Part shown: piece by piece, positions 19,130 to 29,523 of the stretch | Layout: each line of letters begins with the position of its first letter | Position numbering within the stretch: position 1 is the first letter of the stretch | UHGV virus genome: UHGV-1455077 | DNA length: 64,000 bases | Strand: one strand, 5' to 3' | From: a virus | Program-made: the position numbers and the translations under genes | Notes under the pieces: model-generated | The model's database searches: none | The model's input: only the letters and a program-made list of their open reading frames with translations | What the model was told of the DNA's origin: nothing

Positions 19130-20185
19130 TTATCCTTTTGGATATGAACGACTAAAGTAACCAGTAAAAGTCGGAGCAATTTCCAAAAGTTTAGCAAGAT
19201 TCCATTTTGTTAAATATTGCATTAAACGTATACCAACCAAATCAATTTGTTGTGTTTTAACTGAATTCATTATATGATTATCAATATTACTTCTTAAATC
19301 ATCAGGAATTTCTCTTAAATCAATAATTTTTTTATTAAATTCATAACTTTCTTTAACAATATGCTTATTTCCTAAAGGGTCTTCCCAAGTTGAATTCATA
19401 AATGTTTGCCAATTATAACCTCTTTCTTTTCTATCAGCAAATGCATCTAAAATTCCAACAGTTTTTTTTGTTGATTTTTCTCTAATACCTGGATAAGCTG
19501 AAAAAATATTATCAGATTTATCACCACGAATACATTTTGTAAATAATGCATATTCAATCCAATCATCCATTGGAACTAATTTATCACCCTCTTTCCATAA
19601 CATATCAGTTCTTGATACCGAAATTTTACCATCTTTTAAAGTAAATTTCATTGGTAAATGTTTATCATCTGCTGTAAACATACAAGATTCAGTAATAATT
19701 CTATCATCCATTGTATTATAAATAATAACATTCTGATTAACTAATTGAACAAAGTCATTATCTGTTGAAACAATAATTACATTATCATTTGGATGTAATG
19801 CTATAAAACGAGCAATTAAATCATCAGCTTCTGCCTTTGGATAATCTAAAAATGATATATTTGTAGATTCTTTTAAAAATGGTATAAAATCCTTTTCAAA
19901 AATATCTTTTAATTCTTGTTCTTTTTGAATTTCATCAGGCGTTTTATCTTGTAAACGTTCAATACGATTTGCTTTATATTGTGGATAAATGTCTTTTCTC
20001 CAAGTTCCTTTACCATCAGCACAAATAATAGTATGTGTTGGCTTAAATTTATCACACGCTTTTTTAATCATATAAAACATTGTATGTAATAGCATACCTT
20101 TACGTAATTCATTATCCTTTTCCGTAATAGTATACATTGCTCTAAAAAATAAATTATAAATATCAATTAATATAAAAGTATTCAT
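19130..20185 (-). CDS. rnh: RNase H / 5'-3' flap endonuclease (T4 rnh-like), 351 aa
   Basis: FEN-family blocks: ICADGKGTWRKDIYPQYKANR, acidic-cluster residues, T4 RNase H-like N-terminus. Confidence 0.8.
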   Translation of the reverse strand: MNTFILIDIYNLFFRAMYTITEKDNELRKGMLLHTMFYMIKKACDKFKPTHTIICADGKGTWRKDIYPQYKANRIERLQDKTPDEIQKEQELKDIFEKDFIPFLKESTNISFLDYPKAEADDLIARFIALHPNDNVIIVSTDNDFVQLVNQNVIIYNTMDDRIITESCMFTADDKHLPMKFTLKDGKISVSRTDMLWKEGDKLVPMDDWIEYALFTKCIRGDKSDNIFSAYPGIREKSTKKTVGILDAFADRKERGYNWQTFMNSTWEDPLGNKHIVKESYEFNKKIIDLREIPDDLRSNIDNHIMNSVKTQQIDLVGIRLMQYLTKWNLAKLLEIAPTFTGYFSRSYPKG

Positions 20186-20556
20186 TCGCCAATCTCACTA
20201 AAATCTTTATATTGTTGAGTATCTGTATCCCAAATACATTTTTTGGTTTTCATATCACCCATTTTTTCATTCATTAATGTATATGTATATTCATCTAATG
20301 GTATTAAATTAATAAGTTTTGCTTCCTCATTATGAATAACTTTATCTTCAATTGTAAAATAAAATTTAAAATTATTATTCTTACAATATTTTTTAAGAAT
20401 TTTTGCACATTCCGTAGTCATATCATCTTCAAATTCTTCTTCATTATTGTATTCATCCTGTTTTTCTTTCATCTGCAAACAAATTTCTGCTAATTCCTTT
20501 GTCATATCATCAATAATAATTTTTTCTTTTTCCATTATTTCCTTAAGTTCATTCAT
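20182..20556 (-). CDS. hypothetical acidic protein (124 aa)
   Basis: ORF overlapping rnh start. Confidence 0.4.
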   Translation of the reverse strand: MNELKEIMEKEKIIIDDMTKELAEICLQMKEKQDEYNNEEEFEDDMTTECAKILKKYCKNNNFKFYFTIEDKVIHNEEAKLINLIPLDEYTYTLMNEKMGDMKTKKCIWDTDTQQYKDFSEIGE

Positions 20557-20561
20557 ATTTT

Positions 20562-21197
20562 TTATCCCATTAAAATTGTATTATCACCTAATTTTCGTTT
20601 TGTTAAATATCTTTTTTCTTCTTCTGACTCATTTTCATCAAGCATTGAAGTAATATCATCTAAATCCATATTTGCCATAAAAAACAATTTTAACCATTGT
20701 TCGGCAATTTCTTCATCTGTATCACCTGGAAGCCCTTTTTTACGCATATTACTAATAAATGTTTTATTATAAACAACTTCAACCATTAAATTATCAGGGT
20801 CATTCTGCTCATCATAATCAGTATGAATAGCTACCCACGGTTTTCCAAGTAAATCATTTTTTTCTTTGCAATAATCAATTTCACTAATTTTTTTATACTT
20901 ATGCTTTAAATCAATTTCATTTATTAATCTTTCAGTTTCAGGCTTATCAATATCTCTAATTTGAAGTAATTGATATTCATAATCAAAATCATCAATTTTA
21001 TTATATTTTTTTTGAATTTCTAATTTTCTTAACTTATAATCAGCTAATTCTTTTAAATTTTCAGATGGATAATCTAATTTCAATATTTCCATTTCCTTAT
21101 CATACCCATTTTCCATTTCATAATCAATTTTAGCATATTCTCTTGCCTTGCCTGTAAGTAATAATCCTTTAAATGTTAATCCAAATGGTATTTTCAT
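20562..21197 (-). CDS. hypothetical protein (211 aa)
   Basis: ORF downstream of sheath gene; no motif. Confidence 0.45.
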   Translation of the reverse strand: MKIPFGLTFKGLLLTGKAREYAKIDYEMENGYDKEMEILKLDYPSENLKELADYKLRKLEIQKKYNKIDDFDYEYQLLQIRDIDKPETERLINEIDLKHKYKKISEIDYCKEKNDLLGKPWVAIHTDYDEQNDPDNLMVEVVYNKTFISNMRKKGLPGDTDEEIAEQWLKLFFMANMDLDDITSMLDENESEEEKRYLTKRKLGDNTILMG

Positions 21198-21259
21198 TTA
21201 TAAATCCTTTTTATAATTGTTAACCAATTATAAAACAAAAATATTGAAAAATTCAATAA

Positions 21260-21296
21260 TAAAAAACCTCTAAAAAATTTTAGAGGTTTTTTATTT
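21260..21296. terminator. strong hairpin terminator (13-bp stem aaaacctctaaaa/ttttagaggtttt) after sheath gene
   Basis: Perfect 13-bp stem, 2-nt loop, T-rich flanks on both strands. Confidence 0.7.
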
Positions 21297-21312
21297 ATTA
21301 TACTAATAAAAA

Positions 21313-24300
21313 TTAGCTATTACTACTTGATAATGCTCCAGTACGAACAATACGAATAGGAATATAAATTTGTTCAACACCTTTAACAATTTCAATAGCA
21401 ATTTCTGCCCACAATTCTTTACGACCAATTCTTTCAGAAGTATTAACTGAATTATCAGTAACTAATGTATAGTCATATAATTCATCTCTTGATACATAAT
21501 CATTTAAGATGCTTCTTAATGTTTTATCAAAATCACGTCTTAAAGCTTCTGTATTTGGTTGGAAGAAGAATGGTAAGCAAGCGGCATCTAATTCACGTTT
21601 TAATCTTAAAATAGTTAAGATTGCGTGTTCATCAGATAATGAAGATGAATAACTATTTTCAGTATTTTCACCCCAGAATAATAAACCTGTATTACGCTGT
21701 GGCATAATTGGGTTCATTGATTGAGCAACAATAACTTCACCCAAACTATCTCTAACTGTTACTGGTGCATATTCATTTTCATCTGTAATATAACCAACAG
21801 ATGCTAAATTCTTAACTTGACCATATTGAGTACCAGCGGCAAACATACCTCTTGGTAATACTAATAAGTTTTTCATTTTTGCAACTGAAGTTGGAACAGC
21901 AATATCTGAACCATCAACATTTGAAGTTAATCCCATTGGTGGATATTGACGTGTGATATAAGGACTTCTAATAACACGACCATCTAAACCGTGTGCTGAT
22001 GCATTATTTTGATTTGAACCCCAAGCAATAATATCATTAGCTTTTGGAGCTAATCTTGCTGGAGAATCACTGACAATATAGAACATTTCTTTTTTATCAG
22101 TATTCAAACTAATTAATTCATCATCCAATTCTGGATAACCTGTACAAGTTGCAAAGAAGAAGTCATAATCTTGAGAACGAATTTCATCATTAGAATTAAT
22201 AGCTTCTGCTAATGCTTTTATAATCATTGCTCTTTGAGCTTTTCGACCAAATAATCCTGCTCCATCAGTTGAATTACCTGAAATTGTTGCCCAACGAGTT
22301 GTTTTTGGGTTTGTTGAAGAACCTGGTGTTGGGAAATCTTTAGAAGCACCAACAGTAAATGTTCCACCTAATTCCTTAACAGCATTTTGATATTCATTTG
22401 TCATTTCTTTAACATTATTTGTTGAGTATAATGTATTGAATAACAACATACCAGCGGCATATGTTTGAGGATTTGGACAGTTAGGGTCAACATAATCTGA
22501 AATTAATAAATCTTCTGATTTTGTTGAAAATGGTGTATGAGTTGAATCTGCATAAGCAGGGCCTGCATTCTCACGTGCATCTGCAAATACAACGCCTAAA
22601 GGTGTAGTTTGGTCAGTATTATCAACTAATTCCCATTCACCTTCATAATATCTATACATTGTTGGATATTCATTTGCGGCTGTATCAATCCATAAATCAT
22701 ATTCTTGTAAAGCAGAACCATCTGCGTGTTGTGTTGGCTGTTCAGAAGTTACAAAAATGTCTGCACATTCGTACATATTTTTATAACCTTTCCATTCATC
22801 ACCATCATTAACCATAATATCAACATTTAATGCATCATTAAACCATAATGTACCATCTGTTGCAATTTCAGTTGGTTCAACAGCACTTGCAATATAAGTT
22901 GGTTCACTCCATTTTCCTAATTCTCCAGAAGCAATACCAACAGTTTCTAAGATTTTACCATCGGCAACATCTTGGAAATCAATAGTATTACCTGTTGAAG
23001 AAACTAATCTTAAATAACCTTCAGTTGTTACATCAGCAACAATTGTTGGAATTTTAGCATTATTAATTGCTTTAGCTAAATATTCGACTGTTGTTCCATA
23101 AGCTCTAATTGTATAAGTTTTAACTTCTGTTCCAATTAAAGTTCTAATTGTAAATGCTTCTCCTGATGTAATTGTTGGATTTGAAACTGTACCAACAACT
23201 TTTAATCCTAATGAACCATATTGTGCTAATCTTGTTTCTGCTAAACCTTCATTATCATATTTAACAATGATTGAACCAGAATTTAAAGAAGCACCTAAAA
23301 CTCTTTCAGCTTCAATAAATGAGCCATACATTGGCATTTTAATTGTTTTCCAAGAATCATTAGTTGAATTATATTGTTTCATAATATAATTTACACCATT
23401 ATTTGGTTCTGTTGTTTTAACCCAAATTGAACCTTGTACTGAACCATTTGGAACTTGAGAATGAGTTTTATGAACTAATGAAACGGCATTAACAACTGCT
23501 TCATCACCATTCATTACAAAACCTAAAGTTTCTAATGCTTTTCTTGAATCTTGAGTAATAGTTAATAAAGTTGCTGTATTTTTAATAACCAATGCATTAT
23601 TTTCATTGATTGCAACAATATTTTCAATTGATGCATTATTAATATCTTTAACAGCATCATCAATTTTTGTAGTTGATGATACACCACTTAATGTTACTTC
23701 TGTACCATTAATTGTAATTTTAGCTCCTGTATCATAAGTTCCATTTGCTTTACCTTTAGCACTTGAAGGGAATTGTAACATCCATTCATTTGAACCTAAT
23801 TCATACCATTCACTTGCAATATTTTCATAAATAACTTGTTTATTTCCTGATGTAACAACAGCAATATCATTATTTGCACCGTATGTTCCAAGAGGTTTAC
23901 CATCTTCACCAATTTCATTTTCTGATGGAATTAATACATTTTCAATTTTATCCCAAGCTAAAGCAGGACGAGAATTACCATTTGCTCTAAATAAACCATA
24001 TGAAGTTTCCGCAGTATCAAACCATAATGTTTGATTTGGAACGTTACTTGTTGGTTCTGCTTGAGTTGCCTGTAATTGTTTTAAGTCAATATCAGCTCTA
24101 AGTGCATATGCTAAAGATGAACTTCCTAAAGCACTATACAAAGCGTATAAACCAACTTCATTTAATTCATCACCTTGTTGAACTGTTCCATCATTTGTTG
24201 TATAATTTGGTATACCATATGTATCAGTAACATCTTTTTGTGAAGTCATAACAAGTAATTCATTAGCAACTGATTTTGAGGTACCAGGTGCAATTTCACC

Positions 24301-24426
24301 TGTACTTTCGTCAATAACTTTATCTTGTTCTGTCGCAAAGATATAAAGAGGAATTATCGGAGAAACACCTGTTCCATATGATGATTCATCTGTTATTTCA
24401 ATGTGAGATTTTGCTAATTCTGACAT
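21313..24426 (-). CDS. tail sheath protein (gp18-like), 1037 aa with extra inserted domains
   Basis: N-terminal and C-terminal (YDYTLVTDNSVNTSERIGRKELWAEIAIEIV...IPIRIV) regions resemble conserved sheath termini; adjacency to terminase as in T4; longer than T4 gp18. Confidence 0.55.
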   Translation of the reverse strand: MSELAKSHIEITDESSYGTGVSPIIPLYIFATEQDKVIDESTGEIAPGTSKSVANELLVMTSQKDVTDTYGIPNYTTNDGTVQQGDELNEVGLYALYSALGSSSLAYALRADIDLKQLQATQAEPTSNVPNQTLWFDTAETSYGLFRANGNSRPALAWDKIENVLIPSENEIGEDGKPLGTYGANNDIAVVTSGNKQVIYENIASEWYELGSNEWMLQFPSSAKGKANGTYDTGAKITINGTEVTLSGVSSTTKIDDAVKDINNASIENIVAINENNALVIKNTATLLTITQDSRKALETLGFVMNGDEAVVNAVSLVHKTHSQVPNGSVQGSIWVKTTEPNNGVNYIMKQYNSTNDSWKTIKMPMYGSFIEAERVLGASLNSGSIIVKYDNEGLAETRLAQYGSLGLKVVGTVSNPTITSGEAFTIRTLIGTEVKTYTIRAYGTTVEYLAKAINNAKIPTIVADVTTEGYLRLVSSTGNTIDFQDVADGKILETVGIASGELGKWSEPTYIASAVEPTEIATDGTLWFNDALNVDIMVNDGDEWKGYKNMYECADIFVTSEQPTQHADGSALQEYDLWIDTAANEYPTMYRYYEGEWELVDNTDQTTPLGVVFADARENAGPAYADSTHTPFSTKSEDLLISDYVDPNCPNPQTYAAGMLLFNTLYSTNNVKEMTNEYQNAVKELGGTFTVGASKDFPTPGSSTNPKTTRWATISGNSTDGAGLFGRKAQRAMIIKALAEAINSNDEIRSQDYDFFFATCTGYPELDDELISLNTDKKEMFYIVSDSPARLAPKANDIIAWGSNQNNASAHGLDGRVIRSPYITRQYPPMGLTSNVDGSDIAVPTSVAKMKNLLVLPRGMFAAGTQYGQVKNLASVGYITDENEYAPVTVRDSLGEVIVAQSMNPIMPQRNTGLLFWGENTENSYSSSLSDEHAILTILRLKRELDAACLPFFFQPNTEALRRDFDKTLRSILNDYVSRDELYDYTLVTDNSVNTSERIGRKELWAEIAIEIVKGVEQIYIPIRIVRTGALSSSNS

Positions 24427-24551
24427 ATTTTCACTCCTATTAAATTAAATTATTTTTATTGTAAAAATAATTATAAAAACTTGTCTAAAAGTCTTTACAT
24501 ATATTTATGAAATAGGGTAAAAATAAAGGGGTAAACACATAACGAAATAAT

Positions 24552-24580
24552 TTGAAAGATATTTATTAAATATCTTTCAA
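24552..24580 (+). promoter_or_regulatory. perfect 29-nt palindrome ttgaaagatattta-t-taaatatctttcaa directly 5' of RBS of paralog gene A
   Basis: Read directly; conserved core TATTTA-N-TAAATA shared with elements at 31768 and 51049. Confidence 0.5.
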
Positions 24581-24593
24581 AGAGGATTTTATT

Positions 24594-25010
24594 ATGACTG
24601 ATATTAGTAAAATAAACATAGAAAGAATCAATGAGTTATCAACGAAATTAGATAATTTTAATACACAAATTAATAATATTAATTCAAAAATAAATTCAAT
24701 GAAATATGTTATTGATGCTAATTCTGATGGTAATCGTTGGTACCGAAAATGGAATGATGGATTTATTGAACAAGGCGGAAATAATATTATAAATTTAAAT
24801 AATGCTAATGAAGGAACAATTACATTTTTAACTCCATTTAATACTACTTCTTATATACCTCAAATAACTGTATATAATAGTAATGGTTCTTGGGTTTATG
24901 GTTGGATTAAATGGGATTCACGAACAAAAAATAATTTTATTTATTTTACTGCTGGTAGTAGAGCTGGTGATACTTCTAATGGAGCTTTTTGGTATGCTTA
25001 TGGATATTAA
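24594..25010 (+). CDS. small conserved protein, paralog family member A (138 aa)
   Basis: N-term MTDISKINIERINEL..., core WYRKWNDGFIEQGG, C-terminal ...YGY; paralogous to 31807..32202 and 50668..51036. Confidence 0.6.
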   Translation: MTDISKINIERINELSTKLDNFNTQINNINSKINSMKYVIDANSDGNRWYRKWNDGFIEQGGNNIINLNNANEGTITFLTPFNTTSYIPQITVYNSNGSWVYGWIKWDSRTKNNFIYFTAGSRAGDTSNGAFWYAYGY

Positions 25011-26170
25011 TAATATTCATATAACATTTCAAGAGAAAGACTTCTTATATATCCTTTTTCATCCATAATTTGCACAATATTATTTCCACCAATACAATTA
25101 TATTCTCGTTCAAAACGTTCAGCACCAACTTTTTTAATTTCAGCTTTTGCCCAATTTTCATCTTTTAATGGGCAAGCATCCCATCTAACTAATTGACTTT
25201 GAAATCCATTATTTCCATATGATTTTTTTGGAACAACATTAACAATTGTATTTTCATCTCTTAATGATTTAGCATATTCTTCTGCTTGGTCTTTATCTTT
25301 AAATAAATGAAAATCTCTATATAATTCACCATTAATTTCTAATATATAATCATCTGGTATATTCATTCCATAATCATCAATTTTGTTTTTAGCTCCTGAC
25401 CATAATCTAAAAAATAAATCTGTTTCAGAAATAGGAGTTGAAGTAATAAACAATTTACCTTGTGTAGCTGATAATGTTGGTGATAATGCACCATAAAATT
25501 CTTCTTGTTTCTCTAAAGCTTTATCTCCAGAATCTTGTACACCAATAAAAGCAAACTCATCACAATAAACAATTGCAGGAGAAATACCACGGGGAGCTTT
25601 AATAGTTGATGGTCTTACGTGAATTTCAGACCCATTATCAAAAACCATTTTTGATTTGTTATCTTCTTTTAATCCTTTCTTCAAAAAATCAGGACAATTT
25701 TCATACACACCTTTTATTTTTCCGAGGTTTTCCGATGCGGCACGCAAATCTTGAGCAGTTACCAAAATAATTTTATTATTAAATACCATTGCGTACCAAA
25801 GTAAATAAATGGCTGTTGTAATTGTTTTACCATTCTGACGAGAAAATAAAGAAATTAAAGAATGGTAATTATGCATATTAAACATCATTTCTCGTTGATA
25901 ATCAAATGGAATATATTGTTCCAAACCATTTCTATTAACCCAACAACAATGTTCGGCAAAAAACAACGCCCCATTAATTGGGTCATAAACTTTACGATAA
26001 ACCATTTTTTGAACATCTGTCATCTTTTTAAATGGTTTTGTTTTTTTAATAACACCAGTACCTTGAGGTAAAACAATTTTCATAATTTTTCCTTTATTAA
26101 AATTATTTATATTCGCATATTTATAAAATATCTTGTTTTCAGTTTTACAATAAATATTCTTATAAAACAT
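25007..26170 (-). CDS. terminase large subunit, N-terminal half: ATPase domain N-extein plus 29-aa N-intein fragment (25010..25096)
   Basis: Walker A SRQNGKT, Walker B IVYCDEF (gp17-like); ORF ends with CIGGNNIVQIMDEKGYIRSLSLEMLYEYY (intein block A-like, Cys codon 25094..25096) then stop. Confidence 0.85.
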   Translation of the reverse strand: MFYKNIYCKTENKIFYKYANINNFNKGKIMKIVLPQGTGVIKKTKPFKKMTDVQKMVYRKVYDPINGALFFAEHCCWVNRNGLEQYIPFDYQREMMFNMHNYHSLISLFSRQNGKTITTAIYLLWYAMVFNNKIILVTAQDLRAASENLGKIKGVYENCPDFLKKGLKEDNKSKMVFDNGSEIHVRPSTIKAPRGISPAIVYCDEFAFIGVQDSGDKALEKQEEFYGALSPTLSATQGKLFITSTPISETDLFFRLWSGAKNKIDDYGMNIPDDYILEINGELYRDFHLFKDKDQAEEYAKSLRDENTIVNVVPKKSYGNNGFQSQLVRWDACPLKDENWAKAEIKKVGAERFEREYNCIGGNNIVQIMDEKGYIRSLSLEMLYEYY

Positions 26171-26182
26171 AGAAATATAAGG

Positions 26183-27895
26183 TTGATTATGAAATATACC
26201 TCACTTAAAAATGATATTGTGAATATTTTACATAGTTCAGATTATGATTTATATTTAAAATTTTATGATGAAGATGGTCGTAACACTTTAGATACAGAAA
26301 AATCTGAATGGTGTTATATTAGTAATTATAACATTATAATAAAATTTATGAATGACGAAAATTCAGTTATTCAAATATGGAAAGATAAAAATACATTAGA
26401 TGAAAATATGAAACATATTATCCAGAGAATTAGAGAACTTTCTGGATTAAATGGGGTACAAGTTCAAATCAGAATTTATGATGATTTAAATCAAAGAAAA
26501 ATTTACAATTTAATTAAAAATGATATTTTAAAACAAAGAGAAAGTGAAGATATGGATGAATCAGTAAACAATGATGATAAAGTATTAATTGAAACATTAT
26601 ATAATATTGTTAATACTGCAAAGGATACAAAACGCCCATCTGATTTTTATATTTCAGAAGCAATGCAATTAGAAAATACAAGAAAAATTTTTTCTGAAAT
26701 TATTAAAGAAATTTCTTATTTAAATGCCTTCAAAAATACATCAATATCAGAAACTTTAAAACCTTTAATGTCATTAAAAACATTAGATGAAGTTAAAGAA
26801 TTTTCGAAATCAATTAAAAATTCTGAAATTATTAAAGAAAATGCAAATAATATCAAAAATATTGCATCATTTGTTAAAAAAGAATATTTAAATAACGGAG
26901 ATTTTATTGTATCAAAACCAAGAACATTATTTGTTCTTGAAAATGTTAAAGTTTATACAGCCAAAGAAAAAAATAATCGTGAAAATTTAATTAATGCTTA
27001 TAATCAATTATTGTCTTTTACTCAAAATGCAACAAAAGGTACAGATATAATTCGTGAAATTAGAAATAATAAAATTTGTGAAACTTTTAATGTTTCTCGT
27101 AAAGAATTAGTTGATTTATGGTTATCAAGAACAAACAATTTAAAAATTGAACCTAAAAAAGTTTTTGTTGTTGAAAACTATAAAGGTGAAAAAGTTATTT
27201 TTAATGAAGCAATGAAAAACGGTATCAAAGCATTAGCTCAATACATTAATAATGGTGGCTCTCGTGATGATATAATTTGTAAAAATATTATGTTAGAAAC
27301 TGTTAAATATAATCAAATTTCTGATTTTATTAAAACATATCAAGATAATTATAAAGTTAGAAAATTTTTACCAAAATTTAAAAATATTTTTAGTGAAAAT
27401 GCAAATAAATTATCATCAGCTTATTTAAATTTTAATAAAGAATTATTTGAATCAGTTGAAGAAGAAATTGATTATACTTCACAATATCAAAAACTTTGCA
27501 AAGATATGGGCGTTGAACATCCAGCTATTAAATATCTTGCAATTGAAAATGCAAAAAAAGATGCGGAATATTGTTCAGTTTTAATGGAACAAACCTTATC
27601 CGATGAAACAATTTTAACAGAAGGATTAAAACCTTACATTCAAAATCCATTTACATTATATAATATTGTCAAAACAATTATGGATAATCAAATAATATTA
27701 AATAAAACATTAGTTGAAAGTGTAAATGATTCTAATATTAAATCGGTAGCAACTAATTTATATAATAAAATATGTTTTGAAGATAATATAGTATTAATGC
27801 CTATTGCTTCTTCATTATTTAATATTATGCATACAAAAAATTTAAATGAAAGTAAAATTACATATTTAAATACCTTAATTAAATATATAAAATAA
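26183..27895 (+). CDS. hypothetical protein (570 aa), Lys/Asn-rich
   Basis: Long ORF with RBS; no motif. Confidence 0.5.
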   Translation: MIMKYTSLKNDIVNILHSSDYDLYLKFYDEDGRNTLDTEKSEWCYISNYNIIIKFMNDENSVIQIWKDKNTLDENMKHIIQRIRELSGLNGVQVQIRIYDDLNQRKIYNLIKNDILKQRESEDMDESVNNDDKVLIETLYNIVNTAKDTKRPSDFYISEAMQLENTRKIFSEIIKEISYLNAFKNTSISETLKPLMSLKTLDEVKEFSKSIKNSEIIKENANNIKNIASFVKKEYLNNGDFIVSKPRTLFVLENVKVYTAKEKNNRENLINAYNQLLSFTQNATKGTDIIREIRNNKICETFNVSRKELVDLWLSRTNNLKIEPKKVFVVENYKGEKVIFNEAMKNGIKALAQYINNGGSRDDIICKNIMLETVKYNQISDFIKTYQDNYKVRKFLPKFKNIFSENANKLSSAYLNFNKELFESVEEEIDYTSQYQKLCKDMGVEHPAIKYLAIENAKKDAEYCSVLMEQTLSDETILTEGLKPYIQNPFTLYNIVKTIMDNQIILNKTLVESVNDSNIKSVATNLYNKICFEDNIVLMPIASSLFNIMHTKNLNESKITYLNTLIKYIK

Positions 27896-27901
27896 CATAT
27901 T

Positions 27902-27940
27902 TGCTCCAAAAGGTATTAAATAATAACACTTTTTGGAGCA
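27902..27940. repeat. hairpin (10-bp stem tgctccaaaa/ttttggagca, 19-nt loop)
   Basis: Read directly in convergent intergenic region. Confidence 0.4.
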
Positions 27941-27949
27941 TATATATCA

Positions 27950-27985
27950 ATTAAATGCTCCTAATTAGGAGCATTTAATTTTTTC
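27950..27985. terminator. bidirectional terminator, perfect palindrome aaatgctcctaa|ttaggagcattt followed by T-run
   Basis: 24-nt perfect palindrome between convergent genes, T6 downstream. Confidence 0.55.
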
Positions 27986-29490
27986 ACAACATCTTTTGAA
28001 AATGCTTTCATAAATTTCAAAATATAAGTATCTTCTCCATTTTTTTCTTCATTAATACGATTTCGTTCCTCTCTTGTTAATGGTCTAAATGGATTATCAT
28101 TTTTACTCAATGCCATATCAATTTGAATTTGGCGATTTAACAAATTAAAACCAACAAGATTTGTAATTGCTTTATGACCACCTGACATTTTTTCAATTAA
28201 ATTTATTAAAGAAACACGCTGATTATTCATAAATTTTATCATTCTCATTGATTGTTCAGCACGAGCAGGATTCATATTTTCACACCAATATTTTGACATT
28301 CTTAATCCCATAGAAATGCCTATTTTATTATCAATGTCAACATCAAATTCTTTTCCACAATTTGGAAAATTACTATCAAAATCAACCATATTAAAACCAA
28401 TTAATAGTTTTTCTTTTTCAACTTCAATACCTTTTTCAAATTCTGCTTTTATAGCCAACAAAGAAACTGTCTTATCTTTCAACCAATGAGATTTAGCATA
28501 TTGTTCAAGAAACATATCATTTAAGACAATTTTCCCTAAATCAATTTTATCATCAACATTGGGATTCCACGGATTTCTTGAAACTTGCATCATACCCATC
28601 TCATCCCAAATCATAATAAAAAATTTAGCTTGTGGAAAAATTCTAAAAGCAGTATATCGTTCATAAGAACCAACTTTTTTCATATTTCCACCACCAACCT
28701 GAACAATACAATCACCATTTAAACATAATTGCCCATTCTTTAATATATCAATAATATTATAGTCATCTGTAATCTGACTTTTTGACTTTTGGTCATTAAA
28801 ATATGCTTCAACATTTTCGTTAATTTCTTCTGGTTTTTTATACCATCTTGAATCTTCTTTATTATTAGTATCAATCCAATCAATCAATTGTTTATAGATA
28901 GATACTAATGATGGTGAACATTGCAATACTAAATTAGACAGCCAAGCATTTTTATTTTTATAAGTTAATAGCAACTTATTACAAGCCAACGCCATCTTTA
29001 AATGTCGTTGTAAATGATTTTCATTTTTATCAAATTTAAATACAGCATTTCCAACTTCTTCAGGCATTATATTATATTCATTAAAACTTACTGAATCAAT
29101 CATATCAATTGCTTTTTCATCATCAGTAGAAAAAATACCACTTCCAATAATTGAAGATATAGTAGATGCATTTGATTTTGAATGTCTAAAATGAGTTGAT
29201 GAACCATCATAAACAATTTGTGATTGATGATGGTCAGTATGTATTTGAATAAATTTTTTTCCGTGAGAAAAATCAACCATTACTCCCATATTTCCTTCTT
29301 CTGGAGCTGGAATGTTATATTCACCATCTCCATAATTTACTTTATGAGCCGCAACAACTTCAATATCATATTTTCTTAAATATTCCTTCATTGCTAAAGC
29401 ACTTGTTACACCATCTAAGTCAATATGAAAATAAATTTCAGCTTTTTTATATTTTTTAGCTAATTGTTTAATATTTCTAATACCACTCAT
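27961..29490 (-). CDS. DHH-family phosphoesterase (509 aa)
   Basis: DHH motifs: IYFHIDLDGVTSA (motif I/II-like DxD) and IHTDHH (DHH motif III). Confidence 0.5.
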   Translation of the reverse strand: MSGIRNIKQLAKKYKKAEIYFHIDLDGVTSALAMKEYLRKYDIEVVAAHKVNYGDGEYNIPAPEEGNMGVMVDFSHGKKFIQIHTDHHQSQIVYDGSSTHFRHSKSNASTISSIIGSGIFSTDDEKAIDMIDSVSFNEYNIMPEEVGNAVFKFDKNENHLQRHLKMALACNKLLLTYKNKNAWLSNLVLQCSPSLVSIYKQLIDWIDTNNKEDSRWYKKPEEINENVEAYFNDQKSKSQITDDYNIIDILKNGQLCLNGDCIVQVGGGNMKKVGSYERYTAFRIFPQAKFFIMIWDEMGMMQVSRNPWNPNVDDKIDLGKIVLNDMFLEQYAKSHWLKDKTVSLLAIKAEFEKGIEVEKEKLLIGFNMVDFDSNFPNCGKEFDVDIDNKIGISMGLRMSKYWCENMNPARAEQSMRMIKFMNNQRVSLINLIEKMSGGHKAITNLVGFNLLNRQIQIDMALSKNDNPFRPLTREERNRINEEKNGEDTYILKFMKAFSKDVVKKLNAPN

Positions 29491-29523
29491 TTTTCATCTT
29501 TCTAAAAGTTAATATTAAAACTG

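Noticed and set aside
20562-21197. Tail tube (gp19) assignment for the ORF following the sheath gene
   Set aside because: Position fits T4 synteny, but the sequence is Lys/Glu-rich with predicted helices. It shows no resemblance to the beta-rich gp19 family, so it is left as hypothetical.
17991-26170. Alternative reading of the split terminase as a pseudogene or frameshift/assembly artefact
   Set aside because: The two halves carry complementary intein blocks: block A in the N half, and blocks B plus the terminal HN and +1 Cys in the C half. Both ORFs are clean and the exteins join at the conserved ATPase-nuclease junction. A decayed gene would not preserve these features, though the physical separation still needs independent confirmation.
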